From: Bacteroidota bacterium
GTDB taxonomy: Bacteria; Bacteroidota; Bacteroidia; Chitinophagales; BACL12
DNA: 64,000 nucleotides
Direction of reading: 5' to 3'
Assembly (NCBI GenBank): GCA_016124275.1
Contig: WGOA01000029.1
Location: forward strand, 58,877 to 122,876
In this document: piece by piece, positions 36,691 through 45,549 of the stretch
Position numbering within the stretch: position 1 is the first letter of the stretch
Layout of the letters: each line of letters starts with the position of its first letter
The notes under the pieces: generated by a model
What the model saw: the letters and a program-made list of their open reading frames with translations, nothing else
What the model was told of the DNA's origin: nothing
Databases searched by the model: none
Made by a program: the position numbers and the translations under genes

Positions 36691-38085
36691 ATGGCCATAC
36701 CCCAAACCTTCCTGGAAAAAGCCGAGAACAAGGCCTTTAACAGCGAACATAAGCGCAAACTGCGGTTCAACATCGGCAAATACGATGAAACCGTCGTACG
36801 TGGAAAACTTCAGTACCAGGATCTGGAGAAGGCCCGCAGAATAGCTAAACGGACCAAATGGGATGCCATCCATCACCTGGATCAATACCTGTTGCAGTTC
36901 GAAGAGGCGTTTACGGCCCGCGGCGGCAAAGTGATCTGGGCGGAAACGGCACAGGACGCGCTGGACGCTTTTGGGCGAATTGCCGCCGAACACGGCGCGC
37001 GCTCGGTGGTCAAAAGCAAGAGCATGGCCACAGAAGAGATCGAGCTCAACCACTACCTGGAGGAAAACGGCATTATCGTTGACGAAACCGATCTGGGCGA
37101 GTACATCCAGCAACTCGACGGCGAAAAGCCCTACCACATCGTCACGCCGGCCATGCACAAAAGCAAGCAGGACGTGCAGGAACTGTTCCACGCTAAGCTC
37201 GGCACCCCGCTGGACCTGACCGCCGAAGAACTGACGCTGGTTGCGAGAAGGCTGCTGCGCGACAAATACACTTCCGCCGACATCGGGGTCACCGGCGGAA
37301 ACTTTCTGGTCGCTGACGTCGGTGGAGTGGCCATCACCGAAAACGAAGGCAACGCCCGGCTCACGGTCAGCTTTCCCAAAGTGATGGTGTCCATTGTGGG
37401 GATCGAAAAAGTGCTGCCGCGGCTCGCAGACCTCGGGCATTTCTGGCCGTTGTTGTCCACGTTTGGCACCGGGCAATGGGTCACGGTGTACAACAGCGTT
37501 GTGACCGGCCCGCGGCAACCCGGCGAAACCGACGGTCCGGAGGCCATGTACGTGATCCTGATCGACAACGGACGCACACAATTGCTGGCCGAAAAAGAGC
37601 AGCGACAAGCGTTGTACTGCATCCGCTGCGGAGCCTGCCTGAATGCCTGCCCGGTGTACAAGAACATTGGCGGTCATGCCTATGGCACCACCTATTCCGG
37701 CCCGATTGGCTCTGTCATCACGCCGCATTTGCAGGGCATGGAAGATTTCCGGCACCTGAGCCACGCCTCCTCACTGTGCGGAAATTGCACGGAAGTGTGC
37801 CCGGTGCGCATTGACTTGCACAACCTTTTGTTGCTCAACCGCCGCGACGCCAACGAGCAAGGCCACAGCGACATGACCGAAAAACTGGCCTGGAAAGCCT
37901 GGAAATTGGCCATGACCTCGCGCAGCCGGATGGACCTGCTCAGCGGAGGTCCCAAAAACCTGGCCCTCAGCACCCTTTTTGGCAACTCCTGGGGCAAACG
38001 CCGCAACCTGCCTGAAGTCAGTTCGCGCAGTTTCTCGCAACAGTGGCGCGAACAGAACAAGCGAGAACAAAACCGGAAGGGCTAA
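36691..38085 (+). CDS. lutB: LutB-like iron-sulfur protein (LUD domain plus 2x[4Fe-4S])
   Basis: The ATG at 36691 gives MAIPQTFLEKAENKAF. Ferredoxin motifs CIRCGACLNACPVY and CGNCTEVCPV. Confidence 0.75.
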   Translation: MAIPQTFLEKAENKAFNSEHKRKLRFNIGKYDETVVRGKLQYQDLEKARRIAKRTKWDAIHHLDQYLLQFEEAFTARGGKVIWAETAQDALDAFGRIAAEHGARSVVKSKSMATEEIELNHYLEENGIIVDETDLGEYIQQLDGEKPYHIVTPAMHKSKQDVQELFHAKLGTPLDLTAEELTLVARRLLRDKYTSADIGVTGGNFLVADVGGVAITENEGNARLTVSFPKVMVSIVGIEKVLPRLADLGHFWPLLSTFGTGQWVTVYNSVVTGPRQPGETDGPEAMYVILIDNGRTQLLAEKEQRQALYCIRCGACLNACPVYKNIGGHAYGTTYSGPIGSVITPHLQGMEDFRHLSHASSLCGNCTEVCPVRIDLHNLLLLNRRDANEQGHSDMTEKLAWKAWKLAMTSRSRMDLLSGGPKNLALSTLFGNSWGKRRNLPEVSSRSFSQQWREQNKREQNRKG

Positions 38086-38178
38086 AACCCCTTCCCCTCC
38101 CCGCGCCGTTGCGTAAATTTGCGGCGCCCCTTCCCCGGAAAAAAACCGGGCCCACTAAACCGCAACCCCGTGGCCGAC

Positions 38179-40173
38179 ATGCCCGTTTTGGACCCCATCG
38201 TTTACCAGCGCCGCGATTACAGCCCCGAATGGCTGCTGACGCTCTACGCGCGCCTGCTAAAGCCCCGCATGATTGAGGAAAAAATGCTCAATCTGCTGCG
38301 TCAGGGCAAAATTTCGAAATGGTTCAGCGGCATTGGGCAGGAGGCCATCTCGGTGGCGGCCGCATCGGTGCTGCACGACGAAGAGTACATCTTTCCGATG
38401 CACCGGAACCTGGGCATTTTCACCACGCGCAATGTGCCGTTGGACCGCCTGTTTGCGCAGTTTCAGGGCAAGCCGCTGGGCTACAGCAAGGGCCGTGAGC
38501 GCTCGTTCCACTTTGGCATTCCCGAGCAGCGCATCATCGGCATGATCAGCCACCTGGGGCCACAATTGGCGCTGGCAGACGGCATTGCGCTGGCTGATTT
38601 ACTGGAAAAACAGGCCCGCGTCACCATCGTTTTTACGGGCGAAGGGGGTACGTCCGAGGGCGACTTCCACGAAGCCCTCAACGTGGCGGCGGTGTGGAAC
38701 CTGCCCGTCATTTTCGTCATTGAAAACAACGGCTACGGGTTATCGACCCCCACCTCGGAGCAGTACCGCTGCAAAACCCTTGCTGACCGCGGCATAGGAT
38801 ACGGTATGGAAGCCTGCACGATTGACGGCAACAACATTCTGGAAGTTTACGCCACCCTGGACGGCTACGCGGACAGCATCCGCCAAAACCCGCGGCCCGT
38901 GCTGGTGGAATGCATGACCTTCCGCATGCGCGGGCATGAAGAAGCCTCCGGGGTAAAATATGTGCCGCCGGCGCTCCTGGAAGCCTGGGCCCTTCGCGAC
39001 CCGGTAAGCAACTACGAAACCTGGCTGCGCGAGCAGGGCATCCTGACGGACGACTTTGCCAAAGCCCTGCGCAGCCGCATCAAGGCCGAACTGGAAGCCG
39101 GTCTTGTTACAGCCTTTAGCGCTGCGGAGCCTGCGCTGTCCGTGGCTGCGGAGCTCCGCGACATCTACCACCCGGACAGTGCGCCGGAGGTTGTCCCCAG
39201 CGGCCCAGCCCGCGAACTCCGTATGGTGGACGCTATCTCCGATGGCCTGCGCGAAAGCATGCGCCGTCACGACAACCTGGTCATCATGGGCCAGGACATC
39301 GCCGAGTACGGCGGCGTGTTCAAGATCACGCAGGGCTTCGTGGAAGAATTCGGCAAAGCGCGGGTGCGCAACACACCCATCTGCGAGTCGGCTATAGTTG
39401 GTGCAGGTATGGGCCTGAGCATCCGCGGCTGGAAATCGGTGGTGGAAATGCAGTTCGCCGACTTCGTAACCTGCGGTTTCAACCAGATCGTCAACAGTCT
39501 GGCAAAAACGCATTACAGGTGGGCTCAAAACGCCGACGTGGTGGTGCGCATGCCCACCGGCGCTGGGGTTGGCGCGGGGCCCTTCCACAGTCAGAGCAAC
39601 GAAGCCTGGTTTGCCCACACGCCCGGCCTGAAAGTGGTGTACCCGGCCACCGCCGAAGACGCCAAAGGCCTGCTCTGCGCCGCCATCGCCGACGCCAACC
39701 CGGTGCTGTTCTTTGAGCACAAAGCCCTGTACCGCTCGCTCAGCGGCATGGTGCCCGAAGGCTACTACACCACCCCCATCGGCAAAGCGCGCCTTGACCG
39801 CGAAGGTGACGACATCAGTATCATAACTTATGGTATGGGCGTGGTATGGGCCCGCGAAGCGCAGGCAGCCCATCCCGATCTCAGCATCGAAGTGCTTGAT
39901 TTGCGCACCCTCCTGCCGCTGGACTACGAAGCCATTCGAACTACGGTGAAGAAAACAGGCAAGGTGCTCATCCTGCACGAAGACACCCTGATCGGTGGCA
40001 TCGGTGGCGAGTTGGCCGCCTGGATCGGTGAGCACTGCTTCGAGCACCTGGACGCCCCGGTCATGCGCGTCGCGTCACTGGACACGCCGGTGCCGTTCTC
40101 GCTGGCGCTGGAGCAGCAGTTCTTGCCTGTGCAGCGGTTGAGGGAGGCGTTGGAGAAGTTGGTGGCATACTGA
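38179..40173 (+). CDS. Fused alpha/beta E1 component of a 2-oxoacid (branched-chain type) dehydrogenase
   Basis: The ATG at 38179 gives MPVLDPIVYQ. TPP motif GEGGTSEGDFHEALNVAAVWNLPVIFVIENNGYG in the N-terminal half. The C-terminal half is transketolase-like beta subunit (MGQDIAEYGGVFKITQGF, PTGAGVGAGPFHSQS). Confidence 0.85.
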   Translation: MPVLDPIVYQRRDYSPEWLLTLYARLLKPRMIEEKMLNLLRQGKISKWFSGIGQEAISVAAASVLHDEEYIFPMHRNLGIFTTRNVPLDRLFAQFQGKPLGYSKGRERSFHFGIPEQRIIGMISHLGPQLALADGIALADLLEKQARVTIVFTGEGGTSEGDFHEALNVAAVWNLPVIFVIENNGYGLSTPTSEQYRCKTLADRGIGYGMEACTIDGNNILEVYATLDGYADSIRQNPRPVLVECMTFRMRGHEEASGVKYVPPALLEAWALRDPVSNYETWLREQGILTDDFAKALRSRIKAELEAGLVTAFSAAEPALSVAAELRDIYHPDSAPEVVPSGPARELRMVDAISDGLRESMRRHDNLVIMGQDIAEYGGVFKITQGFVEEFGKARVRNTPICESAIVGAGMGLSIRGWKSVVEMQFADFVTCGFNQIVNSLAKTHYRWAQNADVVVRMPTGAGVGAGPFHSQSNEAWFAHTPGLKVVYPATAEDAKGLLCAAIADANPVLFFEHKALYRSLSGMVPEGYYTTPIGKARLDREGDDISIITYGMGVVWAREAQAAHPDLSIEVLDLRTLLPLDYEAIRTTVKKTGKVLILHEDTLIGGIGGELAAWIGEHCFEHLDAPVMRVASLDTPVPFSLALEQQFLPVQRLREALEKLVAY

Positions 40174-40192
40174 GGCGCACGTTTGCCCGCCT

Positions 40193-41665
40193 CTACTGTT
40201 TCACGATCCGGAAAGTCTCCTGCTTTTGTTCCCAAAGTGCATGCACAAGGTACAGTCCGGCTGGAAGTGCGGAAAGGTCTAAACGTTGGCCAGTTGCCGT
40301 GCCCTGCCAAGCCGTTCTTCCCCAGACATCATAGACGATTAACTGAGCCTGTTCAGGCCCGTTGAACGCATACAAACCACTGCTCACCGTTGGGATCATT
40401 TGCCATTGGGGAATGGGGGTTGTTTCTGGAACGGATGTGCTGCCGCCAAGTGTGTCGCAGTCGCTGCCTTCCAAAGGGCCGAGGGCGTAGTTGACAGTGT
40501 TGGGGAGGCCGAAAAAAGTGCGGTTCCCACCAAGACTAACCGTCAGAGTATCAAAATCACAGGCATACCCAGACAAGTCTGGTCTATTTATTACGGATAG
40601 AGCCATGTTCTGTGGAACGAAAACTTCGGTTGGGAAAAGCAGATGTGCTGTTCCTACATATATTCTATTATTAATTCCAAGTTCTAGCTGATGAAATGAA
40701 TACATACCAGAAACTTCTGAAAGCTTTAAAAAGTTATGAACTCCGAACTGATCAGGAATGATGCTTAGTTGGTATAGAGCAGAAGGTGTAGATAAATTTT
40801 CAGTAGTATAATATATATACTTTCCATCATGTGAAAAAGCTAGACCATATCCACCTGTTAATGTATCAATTCGCAGGATTTCTTCTTGAATTTCTCCTGT
40901 GCATCGATCGAAACTCCAAACGAACAGCTGGCTTGATCCGATCATTGCTAGTTTATCACCCGAAGGCGTGAAAACCATTTCGCCAAGTACCACTTGACTA
41001 GCACTCACTGCTTCTGATAACATGATGGGAAAGTTATTCGATTCCTGAACACCATCTTCATTAATGAGTGTCAATGATAAATGAGCTTCAGGCTGCCATC
41101 CATCATCAAACTTGATGCGCAATTGTGCAAGCCACCAATCGCGACCATTGGCATGCCGCACCGATGTACTTTTCTCTGACACACCTAGTGAGTCTTCAAG
41201 GTAAGGATATATAGGAGTTAAAGCTGACTCGCTAACTACTGCACCTAACCCACCCTCCAAACGCATATCAATTAGGGTATAAACGGCAGGATTTATCAAA
41301 TAATATAAATAATCACTTCCAGGCGCAGGCAAAATCAACGCCCCTTGAGTTGTTGAGTGGTGGGGATCCAAAAGTGTGTCGTATAAGACCCCATTCAGCA
41401 TCAAATCATGGTTTCGATTCCACACTTTAGAGCAATTCGTGTAGAACAGCAGATTACCTAGTGAATCTGAAATGGTTGCTTGGGCCTCTTTAGCTAACTG
41501 TTTAGCGCCTGACTTTGCTACAACCATGCTATCCGGCTGAAACTGCAACCAGGCTTTATCTCCAAAGATCCAATTGCTTGCCTCGGGTTGAGCCATTATT
41601 GTATTTTGGTTCCATGAACCAAAAAATAGCAAAACACTATAAATGAAAACTGTGTTCAACTTCAT
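40193..41665 (-). CDS. Secreted T9SS-cargo protein (beta-propeller-like), cassette copy A small gene
   Basis: 490 aa. Signal peptide ending IMA|Q. NWIFGDKAWLQF...ISDSLGNLLFYTN and VRHANGRDWW motifs. C-terminal sorting domain ...LYLVHALWEQKQETFRIVKQ. Paralog of 45550..47025. Confidence 0.8.
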   Translation of the reverse strand: MKLNTVFIYSVLLFFGSWNQNTIMAQPEASNWIFGDKAWLQFQPDSMVVAKSGAKQLAKEAQATISDSLGNLLFYTNCSKVWNRNHDLMLNGVLYDTLLDPHHSTTQGALILPAPGSDYLYYLINPAVYTLIDMRLEGGLGAVVSESALTPIYPYLEDSLGVSEKSTSVRHANGRDWWLAQLRIKFDDGWQPEAHLSLTLINEDGVQESNNFPIMLSEAVSASQVVLGEMVFTPSGDKLAMIGSSQLFVWSFDRCTGEIQEEILRIDTLTGGYGLAFSHDGKYIYYTTENLSTPSALYQLSIIPDQFGVHNFLKLSEVSGMYSFHQLELGINNRIYVGTAHLLFPTEVFVPQNMALSVINRPDLSGYACDFDTLTVSLGGNRTFFGLPNTVNYALGPLEGSDCDTLGGSTSVPETTPIPQWQMIPTVSSGLYAFNGPEQAQLIVYDVWGRTAWQGTATGQRLDLSALPAGLYLVHALWEQKQETFRIVKQ

Positions 41666-41669
41666 CTGA

Positions 41670-44327
41670 CTACAGTTTAGAAACGAGTGCAGAATAGGTG
41701 TATCCCCTTATGCAAGAAACGGTCAATAGATAGATGCCCTTAGGGAAATCAGTAATGTCCAACTTGATTGAATCATCTTCCGCTACCGTGCTACGAAGGC
41801 GCACAACGCCATCAATTCCTGATAAAACATATTCCGCTCCCTTCTGAATAGCTGTGCTTCCATCGATTTCCACAACCAAGAACCCGGAGGTTGGATTAGG
41901 GTATAACAAAATCGGCTTTGTACCGACGGTGCCAAGATTACCCTGCCTGGGAGAAAGAGAGGCATCTATCGGAGCTAATGAATGCTGGCCAAGAATTGCT
42001 CGGGCAAAATAAACCGCATCTCCTCCATCAGTTGGATCCAAACCAGCAATAGTATGAAGAGTTGCCGTCTCACTTGAAGTGTAAGGGAGCCTGCCACCTA
42101 AAACTGCCTCCATGGCTAAACTGTCTGCTGATCGATTTAGGTATAGTGTATAAACATCCTGCCGCAATTGGTCCTTGAGACAATTAGGTACGATGGAATT
42201 CAACTTGAGCTGAGCAGAATCTACCGAGCCAGACTTTAGGTAATTAAAGAACAAGTACCACTCGTCGTAGTTGCCCAAAGCCAATTCATTCATTGCGGCA
42301 ACGTACAGGACATCTTGTGGCACATCAAGCGTCAACCAATCGGGATTGTAAGCAAAGAAATTGTACACATAGCTTTTCTCCTCATAGAAATCGCAATCAG
42401 AGCCGTCGTTGGAATCAAGCAAGTAATGAAAAGCTGAGAACAGATTGTTCCGAGCCTTCTGGGAAGGAGCTACACCCCGACCTGCGAGTCTTGGCGTTAA
42501 ATCGCATACCAAACTCGAAGAACCGGCAAGTAGTGGATCTACTCTCCTTGTACCGCTACCTATCTCTAAATTGAATGTGGCTATCGGTGCCATGTCCATA
42601 AATGCACCGTAGATAGTGGTGTAACGCCAATCAAATATCGGTGGAAAGGTGGCAGGAAACAATGGAGTCCCTAGCGTTGGATCTCCAAATGCATTGGTAA
42701 CCGCAATAGTTCTGTTTGCTGTACTTGCCGGGAACCAACTGTTCCCTGCAGCAGTCAACGTGCTAAGATTCTCGGTAATCGGTCCTATGTCCAAGCCACC
42801 ACCATCCATGCCCACCAAGCCAAATCCATATCGGCACTCATTCATCGTATTGCAGGTGAAGTTACCCCCTTGGCAATCGCCGTGGGCTGCTGCACCTACG
42901 CCGAAATCATTCATCTCATTGCGGTCAACCAAAAAATTCTGTGCCTCCGTAATATCGATACCCCGTATGTTCGTATTCATGCAGGATGTACATCCACTAC
43001 TGATGGTGTTATCAAGCACAACAAGGCCCGGTGAATATTCTGCATGAATACCTATAGAAAATTCTCCACTACATGTTCCAGGCAAGCGGACCGAAATCGT
43101 GTTCTCCGATATCTCTGCTAGGGCGCTGATTACCGAAATGCCAAATTGCAATCTGCTCAACTCGTTATTGGTAACGGAACTATAGCCACCCAGCGATGCC
43201 CGCAACTCGATTCCCGCAATCCGGCAGCTTGAATTGCTTACTACATTGGGGTTGTCCAATGTATTGTTATCAATTCCGCACGAACCTTCGGCGTTTCTTA
43301 TATAAATACCAATGCTGTCAAAATTACTGATCGTGTTGTTGATTACCTGACTATTGCCAGTTTCGTGGTACCAAACCCCATGGTTCATGGTTGGATCTGC
43401 CCCCCCTGAGCCAATGATAAGGTTGTTATCTGTAATGGAGCTTGTCATCTTAAGCGTAAAGACTCCCTTTTCACAATCTTCTATCCGGTTGTTGAATCCT
43501 GTGACGCCCGCATCTGGATATCCCACGTAAAGATTCTGATTGAAGGCATTGCCTACTGCAGCAATTCCTGCGCCAGTTCCAAATCCGGGAACTGCATTCC
43601 ATGTTCGAATGTCCTTGATCCAGTTGTTTTGGACATAGGCTATGCTTCTGGTGAAAAGTAAGCCATACTCCTGATCGTGGATAAAATTGTAACTCCCTCC
43701 GGAACCGTAAGAACTTGATGTCCGGCCAACGGTGATTCCGTCTGTAATACCATCAGCCCGCAATCCTGCGAATCCAAAACGGCCCAAATAAGGAGCAATC
43801 AAACTCGGGGCTCCGATCTCCGAGTTTTCTATAGTTCCTGGATGATTGCCCCCAAAAGGTCTTACATCGATTCCAATATAATTGTTCATCAAACGGCTAC
43901 CCCGCACTTCGAAGTTGCCCGGGTTGCCGGTTGCGTTCTCGATCAACAATGCCGTCTCAGCATGCTCTACCAGGCTGTTCACACGCACGCGAACCGCTCC
44001 TCCCGGTTCCACTCGGATTTGCTCCCACATGCTGTTCTCGCAATTGCTGATCACACTGGTCTCTATGGTCAGGGTATAGTCATCCTTGACCACGATCTCC
44101 ACACCGGCATCAACCAGGACGGAACACGTAAGGATGGTGAAGTTGTTGTTGACTTCAAAGGTGTTCTGAATATGCACCAACTCCGAAGTCCAACCCGTAC
44201 CATAGCTCGTCGACATCGAAACCGTTCCGGACGGCGTGGTCACCGTCGGCGAAAAACCCGCATCCGCCACACACTGAGCGCGCATGGGCGTGGAAAACCC
44301 TATGCCATAGACAAGTGTGCACATCAC
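41670..44327 (-). CDS. Secreted right-handed beta-helix repeat protein with a T9SS C-terminal domain, cassette copy A large gene (conserved ATG at 44403 is out of frame)
   Basis: 885 aa from the GTG at 44327. NNxI/IxDN-type beta-helix repeats throughout. C-terminal LLYPNPTSGFLVVEI...KGIYLLTV sorting domain. Paralog of 47038..49776. The upstream frame stays open through the (CA)n tract but lacks a start codon. Confidence 0.8.
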   Translation of the reverse strand: MMCTLVYGIGFSTPMRAQCVADAGFSPTVTTPSGTVSMSTSYGTGWTSELVHIQNTFEVNNNFTILTCSVLVDAGVEIVVKDDYTLTIETSVISNCENSMWEQIRVEPGGAVRVRVNSLVEHAETALLIENATGNPGNFEVRGSRLMNNYIGIDVRPFGGNHPGTIENSEIGAPSLIAPYLGRFGFAGLRADGITDGITVGRTSSSYGSGGSYNFIHDQEYGLLFTRSIAYVQNNWIKDIRTWNAVPGFGTGAGIAAVGNAFNQNLYVGYPDAGVTGFNNRIEDCEKGVFTLKMTSSITDNNLIIGSGGADPTMNHGVWYHETGNSQVINNTISNFDSIGIYIRNAEGSCGIDNNTLDNPNVVSNSSCRIAGIELRASLGGYSSVTNNELSRLQFGISVISALAEISENTISVRLPGTCSGEFSIGIHAEYSPGLVVLDNTISSGCTSCMNTNIRGIDITEAQNFLVDRNEMNDFGVGAAAHGDCQGGNFTCNTMNECRYGFGLVGMDGGGLDIGPITENLSTLTAAGNSWFPASTANRTIAVTNAFGDPTLGTPLFPATFPPIFDWRYTTIYGAFMDMAPIATFNLEIGSGTRRVDPLLAGSSSLVCDLTPRLAGRGVAPSQKARNNLFSAFHYLLDSNDGSDCDFYEEKSYVYNFFAYNPDWLTLDVPQDVLYVAAMNELALGNYDEWYLFFNYLKSGSVDSAQLKLNSIVPNCLKDQLRQDVYTLYLNRSADSLAMEAVLGGRLPYTSSETATLHTIAGLDPTDGGDAVYFARAILGQHSLAPIDASLSPRQGNLGTVGTKPILLYPNPTSGFLVVEIDGSTAIQKGAEYVLSGIDGVVRLRSTVAEDDSIKLDITDFPKGIYLLTVSCIRGYTYSALVSKL

Positions 44328-44364
44328 AAGGAAAACAGATGCCCAGTTAACCCATGCGTATTTC

Positions 44365-44391
44365 TGTGTCTGTGTGTGTGTGTGTGTGTGT
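44365..44391. repeat. Dinucleotide microsatellite: minus strand (CA)10 followed by GACACA
   Basis: The plus strand reads tgtgtc + (tg)10 + t at 44365-44391. Lies between the conserved ATG (44403) and the body of the 885-aa ORF. Confidence 0.95.
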
Positions 44392-44403
44392 TGCGGCTTC
44401 CAT

Positions 44404-44495
44404 AGCTTAATTAATGTGTGTTACGAAAATGCAATAAAGGCAAGGTAGTGCTTTTGACCGCAGCTCACAGCATGTTTTGTGTTAATTTTTATAAA
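44404..44495 (-). promoter_or_regulatory. Conserved upstream region of cassette copy A (putative promoter/5' leader)
   Basis: Shares blocks with 49777..49868 (minus strand: AAAAATTAACACAAAA and AAAGCACTAyCTTGCsTTTATTGCATTTTCGTAAyACACATTArTTAAGCTATG). No clear -7 TAnnTTTG box recognised. Confidence 0.35.
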
Positions 44496-44498
44496 AGA

Positions 44499-45512
44499 CT
44501 ACATCCCCGCCAACAGAACCGCCAACGTCTCCCCCACCGCTCTTAGCGTCTGTCGGCTGATGATCGGCATGTCATCGCGGTGGGTGTGCCAGAAGTCGCC
44601 GAAGCCTTTGGGGCTTTCGCGGTCATATTGAATGATGTCAATGGTGGGGATGCCCGCGATTTGGTTGACGTACAGGTGGTCATCCGTCAGCGGGGGAAAG
44701 GGCTCCTGGTTGTACACAAAATACGAGCGATGCCCAGCCGTTGCAGCAGCGCGCCACACCCGCTCCACGACGTCGGGGGCGTAATGCATCGAAATGCCTT
44801 CGCGGTAAAACACGGCGCCTTCCGCGCCCACCATATCCAACAGTATGCCGAACTCGGCCGAGTACCCCGTCTTTCGCGCCTGCGTGGCCCAATACTGGCT
44901 GCCCAGGCAATAGCTGTCCTCGACCTTTGGATTGCCGTAATCTTCGGTGTCAAACAGCACCATATCTATTCCTATGTCGGGGTCATTCCGGTGGAATTGC
45001 CTCGCGAGCTCGAGCAGCACCGCAACCCCGCTTCCCCCGTCATTGGCGCCCGCAATGGGCTCACTCTGCCGCGCAGAGTCTTCGTCTGCCACGGGGCGCG
45101 TGTCCCAATGGGCGCAGAGCAGCACCCGCCGCGGATGCTCCGGGTTGAAGCGCGCCGTGATGTTGCGCACCGGCAGGGTCTTGCCGTCCCAGGCCTTGAC
45201 CGTGGTTTTCTGCTCGCTGACCTCGTCCGCCCACCCGCTCAGCGCCTGCACCAGCCAGTCGCCGCACGCCTCGTGGGCAGCTGTACCCGGCACGCGCGGG
45301 CCAAACGCCACCTGCTTAGCTACGTACGCATACGCGGAGTCGGTGGAAAAGGGGGGTGGGACAACCCGCTCCACAACTTGTGGAACCTCTGGATGCGCTT
45401 GGTCTTGTTGCTTGTCCCGCTTGTTTTCACAGCCACTTAGGGAACCAACCAACGAACCTGCCAGCAACAATAAACTACCCGCCTGATAAACTTGCTTGTG
45501 GAAAAGAAACAT
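44499..45512 (-). CDS. Glutaminyl-peptide cyclotransferase (M28-fold, type II QC) lipoprotein
   Basis: 337 aa. Lipobox LSGC. LLCAHWDTRP, ANDGGSGVAVLLELAR, VLFDTEDYG, ILLDMVGA and DFWHTHRDD line up with the metal and catalytic motifs I recall for animal-type and Porphyromonas QC. Confidence 0.7.
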   Translation of the reverse strand: MFLFHKQVYQAGSLLLLAGSLVGSLSGCENKRDKQQDQAHPEVPQVVERVVPPPFSTDSAYAYVAKQVAFGPRVPGTAAHEACGDWLVQALSGWADEVSEQKTTVKAWDGKTLPVRNITARFNPEHPRRVLLCAHWDTRPVADEDSARQSEPIAGANDGGSGVAVLLELARQFHRNDPDIGIDMVLFDTEDYGNPKVEDSYCLGSQYWATQARKTGYSAEFGILLDMVGAEGAVFYREGISMHYAPDVVERVWRAAATAGHRSYFVYNQEPFPPLTDDHLYVNQIAGIPTIDIIQYDRESPKGFGDFWHTHRDDMPIISRQTLRAVGETLAVLLAGM

Positions 45513-45549
45513 CCCGTGAAGCTAGCAATTTGGGCACGTTTGACGGTCC

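Larger units (their letters stand above)
40193..44495 (-). repeat. Segmental duplication, copy A (two-gene T9SS cargo cassette plus upstream region)
   Basis: Collinear with 45550..49870. Protein paralogy runs along the full length. The nucleotide ends are clearly alignable and the interiors are diverged. Confidence 0.8.

Noticed and set aside
44365-44391. The (TG)n tract as an assembly artefact or mere Z-DNA-forming spacer
   Set aside because: The same tract occurs at the equivalent position of both paralogs within conserved flanks, and it is in frame in one of them. This argues for a genuine genomic feature, although an error in tract length in copy A cannot be excluded without reads.
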